A stretch of 64,000 nucleotides of DNA from assembly GCA_903915155.1 (NCBI GenBank), contig CAIWRU010000018.1, forward strand, positions 2,344 to 66,343. The letters run 5' to 3'. The stretch comes from an uncultured Mucilaginibacter sp. Its GTDB lineage: Bacteria > Bacteroidota > Bacteroidia > Sphingobacteriales > Sphingobacteriaceae. Numbering within the stretch: position 1 is the stretch's first letter; every line of letters starts with the position of its first letter. The notes beneath the pieces were generated by a model. The model made no database searches, had not been told where the DNA came from, and saw only the letters and a list, made by a program, of their open reading frames with translations. The position numbers and the translations under genes are program-made. Below, piece by piece: positions 9,527-19,212 of the stretch.

Positions 9527-10576
9527 TTATATATCAGTTTCACTGCCGGTTCTTATTCGTTCCAACCGGTCGGCCGCAAGCCTGTTGGTTTCGTATATTT
9601 CAACCAGTATTAAAAAGTACGACAACAGCACCGGGCCAAAAACCAGGCCCAATATACCAAACAGCGGCAAACCAATAAACACGCCAATTACCGATATAAT
9701 AGGATGCGTATTGCCAACGCGCTTGTTAATAATCACACGCAGCACATTATCAACATTGCCAATAAATAATAAGCCGTAGGCCAGTATCAATATCCCTTTT
9801 ATGGTATGATCATTAGCTATAAATATAAGGCCGGTTGGGATGCACAATGTAGGTGCGCCCACTACCGGTAAAAATGACATGAATGAACCGATAACACCCC
9901 AAAAAACGGGATCTTCTATTCCAAACGCGTAAAAACCCAATGCCAGCAGCGTACCCTGAGTAATAGCAATTATGCCCTGCCCCAATACATTTGAGTAGGT
10001 TGAATTGCGCATGGCTTCGGCAAATTTAAGTGCGTGCTGCTCGCGGAAGGGCGCATATTTTAGCAGCCCCGACTCGAAAGCATTGCGTTGGGTAAGCATA
10101 AAGTACAGCAAAAAATACAACACAAGCAACGTTAAAATTATACTGGCGGCGCTACTTAATATCGACGGGAACAGGTCGGCGGCGAAGGTGCCGAGTTTTT
10201 GCAGCGTATTTTCGGCAAAGTGCTGCTGACCTAAATTTTTGGCAGCGAAGACATCGATCTTGGTTACCCACTCCTGTATGGGGAAGGTGTCTTTATTAAT
10301 GCCCGATATTTTCCCTATCACCATAAAGCTTAGTGATAGAAAGGGGATAACGATAACGATAAGCGAACTGAAAATAATGAGTAGTGCTATAACAGTCTTA
10401 TTCCAGCCTTTTTTATCAACCAGGAATATATATAGCGGCCTGAAAATGGTAAAAAGCACAATAGCGCCGAGTATAGAACTGAATAAACCGCTTAAAGCGT
10501 ACACTAAAAAGCAACCCAGCGCAATTATGCTTACCAGGATAATGTTGTTACGTTGCTTATAATTAAAAATCGACAT
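9527..10576 (-). CDS. AI-2E family transporter
   Basis: Multi-TM 349 aa; GQGIIAITQG, SFLPVVG, DNVLR, GLVFGPV motifs. Confidence 0.9.
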   Translation of the reverse strand: MSIFNYKQRNNIILVSIIALGCFLVYALSGLFSSILGAIVLFTIFRPLYIFLVDKKGWNKTVIALLIIFSSLIVIVIPFLSLSFMVIGKISGINKDTFPIQEWVTKIDVFAAKNLGQQHFAENTLQKLGTFAADLFPSILSSAASIILTLLVLYFLLYFMLTQRNAFESGLLKYAPFREQHALKFAEAMRNSTYSNVLGQGIIAITQGTLLALGFYAFGIEDPVFWGVIGSFMSFLPVVGAPTLCIPTGLIFIANDHTIKGILILAYGLLFIGNVDNVLRVIINKRVGNTHPIISVIGVFIGLPLFGILGLVFGPVLLSYFLILVEIYETNRLAADRLERIRTGSETDI

Positions 10577-10671
10577 GCAGGCAGATTAGTGATAACGCTA
10601 TCACATAAACAAAAAAAGCCTGAATGTTTTGAGGATGAAAAGAAATTTGGTTAAGGTACAGTCAGGTATTT

Positions 10672-10860
10672 ATGACCCATAGGGTCAACCCCTTTGTAGA
10701 AACAGCCGTGCCGTATTTTTTGCCTCGTAGAGGCTACCCTTTATTCAACCGCTAAGCCATTAAGATATTAATTAAAACAACCTCCGGGTAGGGTAGCTCC
10801 TAAGGAGCAATAGGTTGTTATTTATTTTTTCTACTACAAAGGGGTTATCCCTACGGGATA
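10672..10860. repeat. MITE/BIME-like cluster of REP hairpins
   Basis: Hairpins tgaccc-ata-gggtca, gcctc-gta-gaggc, gctcc-taa-ggagc, tatccc-tac-gggata; perfect 13-bp inverted repeat aacccctttgtag (10687-10699) / ctacaaaggggtt (10834-10846). Confidence 0.7.
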
Positions 10861-10981
10861 TTTTCATTCAATGCAATAATTGCTGACCTATTTTATTCCC
10901 CACACGACGAAACTGCATACAACCAAATAAGATAGGAGTCGAGATGTATATTGTTACAGTCACGGCCCTGGCTGCTAATCT

Positions 10982-11191
10982 CTATTCCTTATCCTTCAAC
11001 AAAGCATTTATGCGGTCGCAGCTGGAGACTATGGTTTCGATAAAAAAAGCAATATCAGGCGATTCATCGGGCATTTCGTACTTCAATTCTTCAACAGACA
11101 GTTGTATGTTGGAAAGTTGATTGCGTATATCGTGCCTCAGGCCGCTCAAATATAGCTTGAGTTCGTGTTCGTCCCTTGGCGGCTTTTCCAT
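10982..11191 (-). CDS. Stand-alone HisKA/DHp-like small protein
   Basis: H-box LRHDIRNQL in 69 aa with no ATPase domain; starts 3 nt after the upstream stop. Confidence 0.7.
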   Translation of the reverse strand: MEKPPRDEHELKLYLSGLRHDIRNQLSNIQLSVEELKYEMPDESPDIAFFIETIVSSCDRINALLKDKE

Positions 11192-11194
11192 TTT

Positions 11195-12631
11195 TTACTT
11201 AAGGTTGATGGCCTTCATTTTATTGTACAAAGTTTTACGGTCGATATTTAGTATCTCCGCAGCTTTGGTTTTATTAAAATTAACCTCTTTTAATACATTT
11301 AAAATAGTTTCGTATTCAGCCTCAAGTGCGGCGTTTTTAAGGTCGTGGCGGTTCTCTTTCGATTCAGGAGTTTCAACCGGCGATGAAGATGCACTGCTGC
11401 CATTACTCCCGTAATCAAAAGCCATCATCCGGTTCGATATTTCGAGCGGCAGGGCCTTCATCATAATTTCGTTGCCTTCGGTAAGCAGGGTTGCGCAGCG
11501 TACAATATTTTTCAGCTCGCGGATGTTACCCGGCCAGCGGTAGCTCATAAAGCACTCCACAACTTCGGGCGAGAATGAGGTTACGTTACGGCTCAGTTCC
11601 TGGTTGGCTATTACTAAAAAATGCTCGGCCAGCAGCATGATATCGTTCCCGCGATCGCGCAACGGCGGCATGTAAATACTGAATTCGTTAAAGCGGTGGT
11701 ACAAGTCTTCACGGAAACGGCCCTTTTGTATAGCTTCCTGCAAGTTTTCATTGGTCGCAACAATAAGGCGCACGTCAAGGTCTATTTCTTTGGTGCTGCC
11801 TATCCTTTTTACTTTACGTTCCTGCACGGTACGCAGCAGCGCAGCCTGTATATCGTACGACAAGTTGCCTACTTCATCCAAAAACAAAGTACCGCCGTTA
11901 GCCATTTCAAAGTGGCCTATTTTGGTATACAAAGCGCCGGTAAATGAACCTTTTTCATGGCCAAAAAATTCGCTGGCTGCAAGCTCCTTTGTAAGCGAAC
12001 CGCAATCCATAGCCACAAAAGGGTGGTTATGCCGCGGGCTGCTCAGGTGGATGCTTTTTGCAACAGCTTCCTTACCGGTACCGCTATCGCCTATAATAAT
12101 TACGCTGTAATTTGTAGGGGCCACCAGGTCTATCTGCCTTAATATCTCTTTCGAAGCACGGCTGGTGCCAAAAACAAACTCGCCATTTTGAACAACTTTT
12201 TTATTTTCTTTTGATTTTGAATGCGTGATGGCCGGTTCAATATCATCGCGCATATCCTCCGATAAAGCGTATTGGGTTTCAATAGCTTTATTGATGGTGT
12301 TCAATATTTCGTCGGGATATAAAGGCTTGGTTATATAGTCGTACGCGCCCATTTTAATGAGCTCCACAGCCATTTTAATATCAGAATAGCCTGTAATGAT
12401 GATAACCCCGGTTTTGGGGTATTGCATTTTTATATTTTTAAGCATTTCGCGGCCGTCGGTATCTTCCAGCCTGAAATCGCACAATACGAGGTTGAATTCC
12501 CCATTTTTGAGGAGTTCCATACCGGCATTGCCGTTTGAGGCCGTTTGAACGTCGAATCCGTTACGGGTTAAAAACTTTGACAGTAATAAGGCAACGTTAA
12601 CCTCATCATCAATGATGAGAATCTTCTTCAT
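11195..12631 (-). CDS. NtrC-family sigma-54-dependent response regulator (REC-AAA+-HTH)
   Basis: REC IIDDE; GDSGTGKE, GHEKGSFTGA, LFLDEV, FREDLYHRF, WPGNIREL; Fis-type HTH LNIDRKTLYNK. Confidence 0.95.
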   Translation of the reverse strand: MKKILIIDDEVNVALLLSKFLTRNGFDVQTASNGNAGMELLKNGEFNLVLCDFRLEDTDGREMLKNIKMQYPKTGVIIITGYSDIKMAVELIKMGAYDYITKPLYPDEILNTINKAIETQYALSEDMRDDIEPAITHSKSKENKKVVQNGEFVFGTSRASKEILRQIDLVAPTNYSVIIIGDSGTGKEAVAKSIHLSSPRHNHPFVAMDCGSLTKELAASEFFGHEKGSFTGALYTKIGHFEMANGGTLFLDEVGNLSYDIQAALLRTVQERKVKRIGSTKEIDLDVRLIVATNENLQEAIQKGRFREDLYHRFNEFSIYMPPLRDRGNDIMLLAEHFLVIANQELSRNVTSFSPEVVECFMSYRWPGNIRELKNIVRCATLLTEGNEIMMKALPLEISNRMMAFDYGSNGSSASSSPVETPESKENRHDLKNAALEAEYETILNVLKEVNFNKTKAAEILNIDRKTLYNKMKAINLK

Positions 12632-12724
12632 AATTACATAACTGTTAACAGGTAAATGTATTTAATCTGTTAAGTTACACAAAAATGCTAAAAGTTGAGA
12701 AATATTATGAAATTGTTGTTTTTT

Positions 12725-13306
12725 TTATTTTAGATTGAAGCCGTAAGCCACCCTAAAGCCCCAAAAGGTATTGTAGTTACCATCGCCATAAAAGCTTTGG
12801 GTTTTTTGCAAGCGTATGCCACCGTCGATAAAATTATGGTTAGGCAATTTAAACAATATACCCATTTGCGGGGCCCAGGTAAACGCATTGCCATTAATGC
12901 CATAAACAGCTGTACGGTTTAATAAAAGCGTTTCGCCGGCTTCGCCCTGTATGTAAAAGGTGCGGATAAGATAAAATTTTAACCCCAGTTTTAACGGTGC
13001 GGCACTCATGTTTGGGGTTTTAACGCCCACTATATACTGCGGGTTTGAACTTGAGTTGCTGGCCGAAAACATGGTATAACCTACATTACCTGTAACATAA
13101 AACTTTGGGGTAATGGGTACATCGAGCTGAACCGATGCGCCTATTCCGTATTTATATGAATTATTAAAATTACCTGTAGGGAATGAAAAATCAGGACCAA
13201 AAGTTATACGTGCGGTATCGGGAACGGCATTGTACTGTGCTTTCGCGGCATAGGTAAAGCTGATAAAGGCTATTAAAATAAACAGTTTTTTGTAAGCAAT
13301 CTTCAT
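12725..13306 (-). CDS. Small outer-membrane beta-barrel protein
   Basis: Signal peptide, alternating beta-strand pattern, ends RVAYGFNLK; paralog of 16124-16714. Confidence 0.75.
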   Translation of the reverse strand: MKIAYKKLFILIAFISFTYAAKAQYNAVPDTARITFGPDFSFPTGNFNNSYKYGIGASVQLDVPITPKFYVTGNVGYTMFSASNSSSNPQYIVGVKTPNMSAAPLKLGLKFYLIRTFYIQGEAGETLLLNRTAVYGINGNAFTWAPQMGILFKLPNHNFIDGGIRLQKTQSFYGDGNYNTFWGFRVAYGFNLK

Positions 13307-13567
13307 GTTATGTGGTTAGATTAATGGTGTTAGAACGTACAATGCCGCAACAACGTATATGTGGTAAAAATTTTATTTAAAGCAATTATACACTTTTTGT
13401 GCAAAGCTAATATCAGTTTTGGTTTTATAAAATGCTTTGTAATAATATTATTGCGCAAGAGTTGGGTTTAAAGCTCACATAAGAGACCCAAAGTGTTGAA
13501 TCCCTTATGTGAGTTTATCTTTTTACTGTCCGTCCGTTCTCGGTGCAACACTATAATGTCCGGGTGA

Positions 13568-15916
13568 TTAAATCACCAATGAATTATCACCCGCTTTAAG
13601 TACGTATTGCTTGCCTTTCCACACAAAAATGCCTGTTGTATTTTGAGGCAGGCTTATTTTTACCTTGAATTTGTTGTTACTGATTTTATAATCAACGGCC
13701 ACTTTTCCATTTGGATGCGGTATTTCGCCGCTAACTTTTGTTAATATGCCTAAATGCGGTTCGATCTTTATTTTGCTGAAACCCGGCGCATAGCTATCAA
13801 TACCCAATACCGTTCTGAAAAACTCGATGTTGGGGCTGGCTCCCCAGGCGTGGCATTCCGACCGTACCGTACCCAAGCTTGAATCTTCGGCCCAGGTGGT
13901 CATTCCTACGGCTATATTCTCGCGCCAAATGTCGAGCCAGTTCATGTAATCATCGCCTTTTCCTGCTTTCGTCAGCGCCTGGTTCAGGTAATATTTAAAA
14001 TAAACGCTGCATTGGGTTAAGCTTTTATCGTTCAAAAGGCTATCAACTACAGCGGGCATATCAGCCTGGCTTACCACGCCTGTAAGTATAGCCAGCGAGT
14101 TAGTATGTTGCGAATACCCGTTTTTATCTTTTGTATCGGCATATAGTTTTTTAACCGGGTCCCAATATTTGCGTTGTATGGTAGCCTTTAGCTGTGCCGC
14201 TTTTTGGTTGTAGATAGTTGCATAATCATGCAAGCCTATCTTAGCCTCCATTTCTGCTGCCCATTGGTAGGCCCAAAGCAGTTGCAGATCGTAAATAGCC
14301 GCGCTGCCGTCGGAGCCTTTCACCCCTCCCCCAAAATTACCCGCCCAATCAACAAACGCCCAGTATGGGGTATTTTTTAACGAACCATCAGCCTGCTGGT
14401 ATTTGCTGAAAAAATCAAGAATGTCCCTTTCGCCAACCAGCTTATCTTTTATAAATTTATTATCGCCCCGGTACATCCAGTAATCATGCAGCATGCAGAT
14501 ATACCATAAGGAGAATGTGGATATGATCTGCGTACCTTTTGTAGGGTAACAGCTACGGGTAACGCCTTCAGCTATGCGCGAATGATCTATCTCAGTAAGG
14601 GCATTTCGCGCCAGGCGGTCATCGCTGGTATTGTAGTATGATATCAGGGCCTGTATGCGGGTATCGCCAATATATTGCAATTGCTCGTAATACGGGCAAT
14701 CGGTGTAAGTTTCGTATGCGTTGAGGCGGGCTGTGCGCCAGCCAATGTCTAATATTTGTTTTATTTCGTTGTTATCGGTGTTGAATACTGCTGTGCGTTT
14801 GAATGGATAGCCTGTGAATGTGCCATACAGATCATTAATAACCAGCGGATCATTTTTGGTTTGTACAATTACCTTTATATAGCGATAGGTACGGAAGTTT
14901 AACGTAGTAAAGGTTTGCCCATTACTGCCGTTGGAGATGAGGCTGTCTATGCGGCCTATGAATTCCTTGCCATCTACATCATTGCGGTTGCTTTTGCGAT
15001 GGGTGCCTTTATCATAAAGTGTTTCGGCGTAGCCTAATGATATACCCGCATCTTTTCCACCACTAAAATTGAAGGTTATATAGGCGTTTGTTTCAAAAGT
15101 TTGGTCGAGCAGTAAATATGCGGTGGTGTTAGCCGGTATAGTTACCGCTGTTTTTTCTGCCGGGAAAGTTGCCGGTACATTTACACCGATAGCACTGCGC
15201 AATTTGGGGATGCGCTGGTAGGTCATTTCTCTTGGCGGGAGCGTTGATGGCACTAAGGCCCAATCAATACCCCACGACATCCCTTTAAGTGTGCCGTCCA
15301 TTATTTTGCCTGCAAAGGGCCAGGCGGTATCGTCATAATTTGCAGCAGTCCAATCGCCTTTAACGGTTTGGTTCATATCCACCATTTCGCCTTTGCTGGC
15401 GGCAAAAAAGAAACCGGGGATGGGTTGATGGCCGTTATCACGAATACATTTCCAGGTGTTATCCGTATTCAGTATCTCTTCGCCGGTGGTGTTGCCTTGT
15501 ATGATGAACCCGGTGCGCACGCTGATTATTGCTTCCGGCCGATATTGCGCTTCATTCCATACCAATGCAGCTACTATGTTTTTACCTGTTGTGAGATAGG
15601 GTGCAAGGTCTACCGTTTCATAATTCCAGAAATAGGTATCCCCGCGCGTAGGGCCAAGCGAAACCATCGTGCCGTTCACAAATAATTTATAGCGGTTATC
15701 GGCTGATAAATGAATAATGAACGATGCCGGTTTGGCAGCCAGGTCAATGCTTTTACGGAAGTAGTAAATGCCGTATTCGTTGCCGGGATCATTTTGGGCG
15801 GCTATCCATTTGGCGTTCCAGGGCCTTGCTTCCTGTAAATTTGTGGATTGCGCATGGGTTGTTTTTACAGCGGCCATAATTACTATAGCTGTGCATAATG
15901 TAAAAAGGTATTTCAT
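13568..15916 (-). CDS. Alpha-L-rhamnosidase (GH78-like), secreted
   Basis: Signal peptide; TDCPYYEQLQYIGDTR, TTWAE, SECHAWGASP motifs. Confidence 0.9.
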   Translation of the reverse strand: MKYLFTLCTAIVIMAAVKTTHAQSTNLQEARPWNAKWIAAQNDPGNEYGIYYFRKSIDLAAKPASFIIHLSADNRYKLFVNGTMVSLGPTRGDTYFWNYETVDLAPYLTTGKNIVAALVWNEAQYRPEAIISVRTGFIIQGNTTGEEILNTDNTWKCIRDNGHQPIPGFFFAASKGEMVDMNQTVKGDWTAANYDDTAWPFAGKIMDGTLKGMSWGIDWALVPSTLPPREMTYQRIPKLRSAIGVNVPATFPAEKTAVTIPANTTAYLLLDQTFETNAYITFNFSGGKDAGISLGYAETLYDKGTHRKSNRNDVDGKEFIGRIDSLISNGSNGQTFTTLNFRTYRYIKVIVQTKNDPLVINDLYGTFTGYPFKRTAVFNTDNNEIKQILDIGWRTARLNAYETYTDCPYYEQLQYIGDTRIQALISYYNTSDDRLARNALTEIDHSRIAEGVTRSCYPTKGTQIISTFSLWYICMLHDYWMYRGDNKFIKDKLVGERDILDFFSKYQQADGSLKNTPYWAFVDWAGNFGGGVKGSDGSAAIYDLQLLWAYQWAAEMEAKIGLHDYATIYNQKAAQLKATIQRKYWDPVKKLYADTKDKNGYSQHTNSLAILTGVVSQADMPAVVDSLLNDKSLTQCSVYFKYYLNQALTKAGKGDDYMNWLDIWRENIAVGMTTWAEDSSLGTVRSECHAWGASPNIEFFRTVLGIDSYAPGFSKIKIEPHLGILTKVSGEIPHPNGKVAVDYKISNNKFKVKISLPQNTTGIFVWKGKQYVLKAGDNSLVI

Positions 15917-16070
15917 TTATCTGTTAATGGTTTAAACTAAAAGGTTATCGCAATATCAGTAAAAAAATACATTTTTTAATAGTATAAAACAATTTAGCAT
16001 ATATGTTACAAGTGATGTGTTCGTTCTCTCCTAGTGTAACAATTGCAGAACATCTGCCAGAACAAAAACA

Positions 16071-16103
16071 AAAAAGGCCACGGGGTTATACCGTAGCCTT
16101 TTT
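16071..16103. terminator. Bidirectional-type intrinsic terminator
   Basis: aaaaaggc-c-acgg-ggttata-ccgt-a-gccttttt, 20 nt past the stop of 16124-16714. Confidence 0.75.
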
Positions 16104-16123
16104 GAATTGTTGTGTAAATGTGC

Positions 16124-16714
16124 TTAAAAACCGTAAGCTACACGTAAGCCAACAAATTTAACTTTGCTGTCGTTTACGTTAGTTACAAAGTTGGTGGTCG
16201 ATTCGTAACGTACACCGGCATCGATATAATTACCGCCGCCTAACTGAAACTGGTAACCAATTTGTGGAGCCCAAACAAATGCGTCTGATTTATCAAAACC
16301 TACGTTGCTTTTGTTTAATGCGAAAGCTACACCTGCTTCACCCTGGATGTAAAAGTTACTTACCGGGAAGAATTTTAAACCGGCTTTAACAGGCAATAAC
16401 TGGATGTCGGGCTGTGATACGCTTATACCATCGATAGTTTTCTTTGCAAAAAAGTTATCGTAACCTGCGTTAACAGTAACAAATAACTGGTTGCTTACCA
16501 CAGGGATATCAGCCTGTACTGAACCGCCGACGCTCCAGTTGTATGCGTTTTTAAAGTTGCCTATTGGCAGGCCTCCGTCAACACCTATGCTATAACGAAT
16601 GCCGGATGGGGTAGTTGTTGTAGTAGATGTTGTAGTTGTAGTTTGTGCTTTTGCACTGAATGCGAATGCAGCAAATGCTAATGCTAATGCTGAAATTTTT
16701 AATGAACTTTTCAT
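16124..16714 (-). CDS. Small outer-membrane beta-barrel protein
   Basis: Signal peptide, Thr linker, beta-strands, C-terminal Phe (RVAYGF). Confidence 0.85.
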   Translation of the reverse strand: MKSSLKISALALAFAAFAFSAKAQTTTTTSTTTTTPSGIRYSIGVDGGLPIGNFKNAYNWSVGGSVQADIPVVSNQLFVTVNAGYDNFFAKKTIDGISVSQPDIQLLPVKAGLKFFPVSNFYIQGEAGVAFALNKSNVGFDKSDAFVWAPQIGYQFQLGGGNYIDAGVRYESTTNFVTNVNDSKVKFVGLRVAYGF

Positions 16715-16883
16715 GTTGTTATAATATTAAGTTGTTGTGTCTGTTTCTAAAAGACGCAGCAAAGTAACATCACAAAAACAGAAGTTTTTTCATCCTAATG
16801 TCACCATTATTCAATCGATTGATTAACAGCAAGATAATTTTTGTGCTAAATCGGTTTATTGTATCCCTATGACACTATTCTGA

Positions 16884-17666
16884 CTATTTTCCTTTAAATT
16901 CAGGCTTTCTTTTTTCCATAAATGCGGCCACTCCCTCCTTAATATCCTCAGTGCCAAAGCATTTTCCAAACTCCTCAATCTCTACCTCAAAGCCGTTTAC
17001 ACCCGGGGTGGATGCAGCATTTACCGCCTTAATAGCCGATGCCAGCGCCAGCGGCGCACGTAGCAGCATTTTGTTCAGCAGTTCCTCAGCTTTGGCCAAT
17101 AGTTCATCCTGGCTCACTACATGGTTCACCAGGCCAAATTGATAAGCATCATCAGCAGTAATCATATCGGCGGTCATGATCATTTCAAGGGCCTTGCCTT
17201 TGCCCACTAAGCGGGTAAGGCGCTGGGTGCCGCCGTAGCCGGGTATCAGGCCTAAAGTAACTTCGGGCAGGCCCATTTTGGCGTTGGTTGATGCTATGCG
17301 TATATGGCAAGCCATCGCCAGTTCTAAACCACCGCCCAGGGCAAAGCCGTTAACGGCAGCTATTACGGGTTTTGTTCCGTTCTCTATCACATCAAAAACT
17401 TTACTATGGCCCTCACGCGCCAAATCCCGACCCGCATCGGCATCCAAAGCTACAAATTCGCTGATATCGGCACCGGCTACAAAAGCTTTTTGGCCCGCGC
17501 CAGTGATGATTAAGCCGCCTGTCGAGGCATCATTAAACGCATCGGTAATGGCGGTATGCAGCTCGGCAAGGGTGGCTTTGTTCAGGGCGTTGAGCTTGCT
17601 TTCGCGGTTGATGATGATATATTGGATGCGGCCCTTTTGCTCGATCAATAAATTTTCAAATGCCAT
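16884..17666 (-). CDS. Enoyl-CoA hydratase/isomerase (crotonase family)
   Basis: AFVAGADI, ALGGGLELAMACHIR, GLPEVTLGLIPGYGGTQRL. Confidence 0.95.
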   Translation of the reverse strand: MAFENLLIEQKGRIQYIIINRESKLNALNKATLAELHTAITDAFNDASTGGLIITGAGQKAFVAGADISEFVALDADAGRDLAREGHSKVFDVIENGTKPVIAAVNGFALGGGLELAMACHIRIASTNAKMGLPEVTLGLIPGYGGTQRLTRLVGKGKALEMIMTADMITADDAYQFGLVNHVVSQDELLAKAEELLNKMLLRAPLALASAIKAVNAASTPGVNGFEVEIEEFGKCFGTEDIKEGVAAFMEKRKPEFKGK

Positions 17667-17677
17667 AAACTATCGGT

Positions 17678-18097
17678 TTAAAAATTACGGTGCTGGTGTA
17701 CCCAGTTGGTTATGTATGTCACAATATCGCCTGTGTTGGTGCCGGGTGGGAACAGCTCGCCAACGCCCAGTTTCTTTAGCTCGGTCATATCTTCGGATGG
17801 GATAATGCCGCCGCCGGTGACCAGCACATCGTCCATGCCCTTTTCCTTTATCAGGTTGATGATCTTGGGGAAAACCGTCATGTGGGCGCCCGAGAGGATG
17901 GATATGCCGATGGCGTCAACATCTTCCTGCAGGGCCGTGTTCACCACCATTTCGGGGGTTTGGCGCAGGCCGGTGTAGATCACTTCCATGCCCGCGTCGC
18001 GCAGCGAGGTGGCGATGATGCGTGCGCCACGGTCGTGCCCGTCGAGCCCAACTTTAGCAACTAATACACGGATCGGCCGGTTAAAGGTATTACTCAT
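17678..18097 (-). CDS. Cobalamin-binding domain subunit of an acyl-CoA (methylmalonyl-CoA) mutase
   Basis: [10 protein letters not shown] DxHxxG motif, SILSGAH, GGGIIP. Confidence 0.92.
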   Translation of the reverse strand: MSNTFNRPIRVLVAKVGLDGHDRGARIIATSLRDAGMEVIYTGLRQTPEMVVNTALQEDVDAIGISILSGAHMTVFPKIINLIKEKGMDDVLVTGGGIIPSEDMTELKKLGVGELFPPGTNTGDIVTYITNWVHQHRNF

Positions 18098-18197
18098 GGT
18101 AAGCGCCGGGGTTTATTTTGTGAGGTAAAAGTAAGAAGAAAATGTGGCGTTTTTACCGATTCACATTTTGCTGAACATCCACATTTTACCATAACTC

Positions 18198-18252
18198 AAA
18201 CACAGCATAAATGAACCCAAACAAACCGAAATTAGCCTAAATATCCCCAAAC
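18198..18252. other. Helically phased AAA tracts
   Basis: AAA at 18198, 18209, 18219, 18229, 18239, 18249 (10-11 bp period). Confidence 0.55.
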
Positions 18253-18258
18253 ACTTTC

Positions 18259-19146
18259 TCAATACTTCTTATAAACATTATACAACACATTCAGATCCAG
18301 CTGCGTGAGCTGCGGCGTGTAATCCGTTTGCACAAAATGCCGCTTAAAGGCGACTATTGCGGCGCTTAGGTTGCGTGTATCGTAACCTATCAGGCGCAGG
18401 GCAGTGTTGGGGTCGAAATTATCTGGAGCAAGTTCAAGCACATCATCGCTCCAGTAGCCGAAACCGTGCTGCGCCAGTATCTGCCACGGGAAATACGGGC
18501 CGGGGTCGGGTTTGCGACCGGGGGCTATGTCCTGGTGACCAATGAAGTTAGCAGTTGGTATATTATAAGCCTTTTTTAACTGCGCCAGCAGTGCCAGCAG
18601 GCTGTTGATCTGCGCGGGGGCGAAAGGCTCGCTGCCGTTGTTATCCAGTTCGATGCCGAGCGAGATGCTATTCATATCGGTAATGCTGCCCCACTTGCTT
18701 ATGCCGGCCTGCCAGGCGCGCAGGTAATCGTTCAGCATATGGTAAACATGCCCATCCCTGCCGATAACATAGTGCGCGCTTACCTGTGTGCTGGTTACGG
18801 TGAATGTTTTAAGGGTTTGCGCAGCGCTATCCTGCGCGGTAAAGTGGATGATGACGTAATTGGGCTTGCGCGCGTTTAAGTTTACCGTACCCACCCAACT
18901 GCTGGGGATTGGTGCGCCGGTAGTGTCGGCAAGGGCTACGGGTTGCTGGCGTTGCATTACGTTGAGCACAGAATCGGTTTCCTTTTTATATACTTTGTTG
19001 GTAACGGCGTAGGGGCCTTTGGGCGAACAGGCGCTTATGAATAAGGTGAAAGCTAAAAGGTAAAAGGCGAAAGGTATTTTAAAACAGGTGAAAGGCGAAA
19101 GGCAAAACCTAAAAGGTAGCGTGGTATTGGTGAACTTGTTTTTCAT
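18259..19146 (-). CDS. N-acetylmuramoyl-L-alanine amidase (Amidase_2, AmiD-like), probable lipoprotein
   Basis: IIHFT, VSAHYVI, RAWQAG, SLGIELDN, GHQDIAPGRKPDPG; lipobox-like ISAC. Confidence 0.92.
   Translation of the reverse strand: MKNKFTNTTLPFRFCLSPFTCFKIPFAFYLLAFTLFISACSPKGPYAVTNKVYKKETDSVLNVMQRQQPVALADTTGAPIPSSWVGTVNLNARKPNYVIIHFTAQDSAAQTLKTFTVTSTQVSAHYVIGRDGHVYHMLNDYLRAWQAGISKWGSITDMNSISLGIELDNNGSEPFAPAQINSLLALLAQLKKAYNIPTANFIGHQDIAPGRKPDPGPYFPWQILAQHGFGYWSDDVLELAPDNFDPNTALRLIGYDTRNLSAAIVAFKRHFVQTDYTPQLTQLDLNVLYNVYKKY
19043..19119. repeat. Ten 7-bp AAGGYRA-like units inside the amidase signal-peptide region
   Basis: aaggtga aagctaa aaggtaa aaggcga aaggtat ... caggtga aaggcga aaggcaa aacctaa aaggtag. 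Confidence 0.8.
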
Positions 19147-19212
19147 ACGGGCAAACTGATACTGCTAAAATACGCAATGTATTTTAGTAATAGGCGTTGG
19201 CCGCTTATTGTT

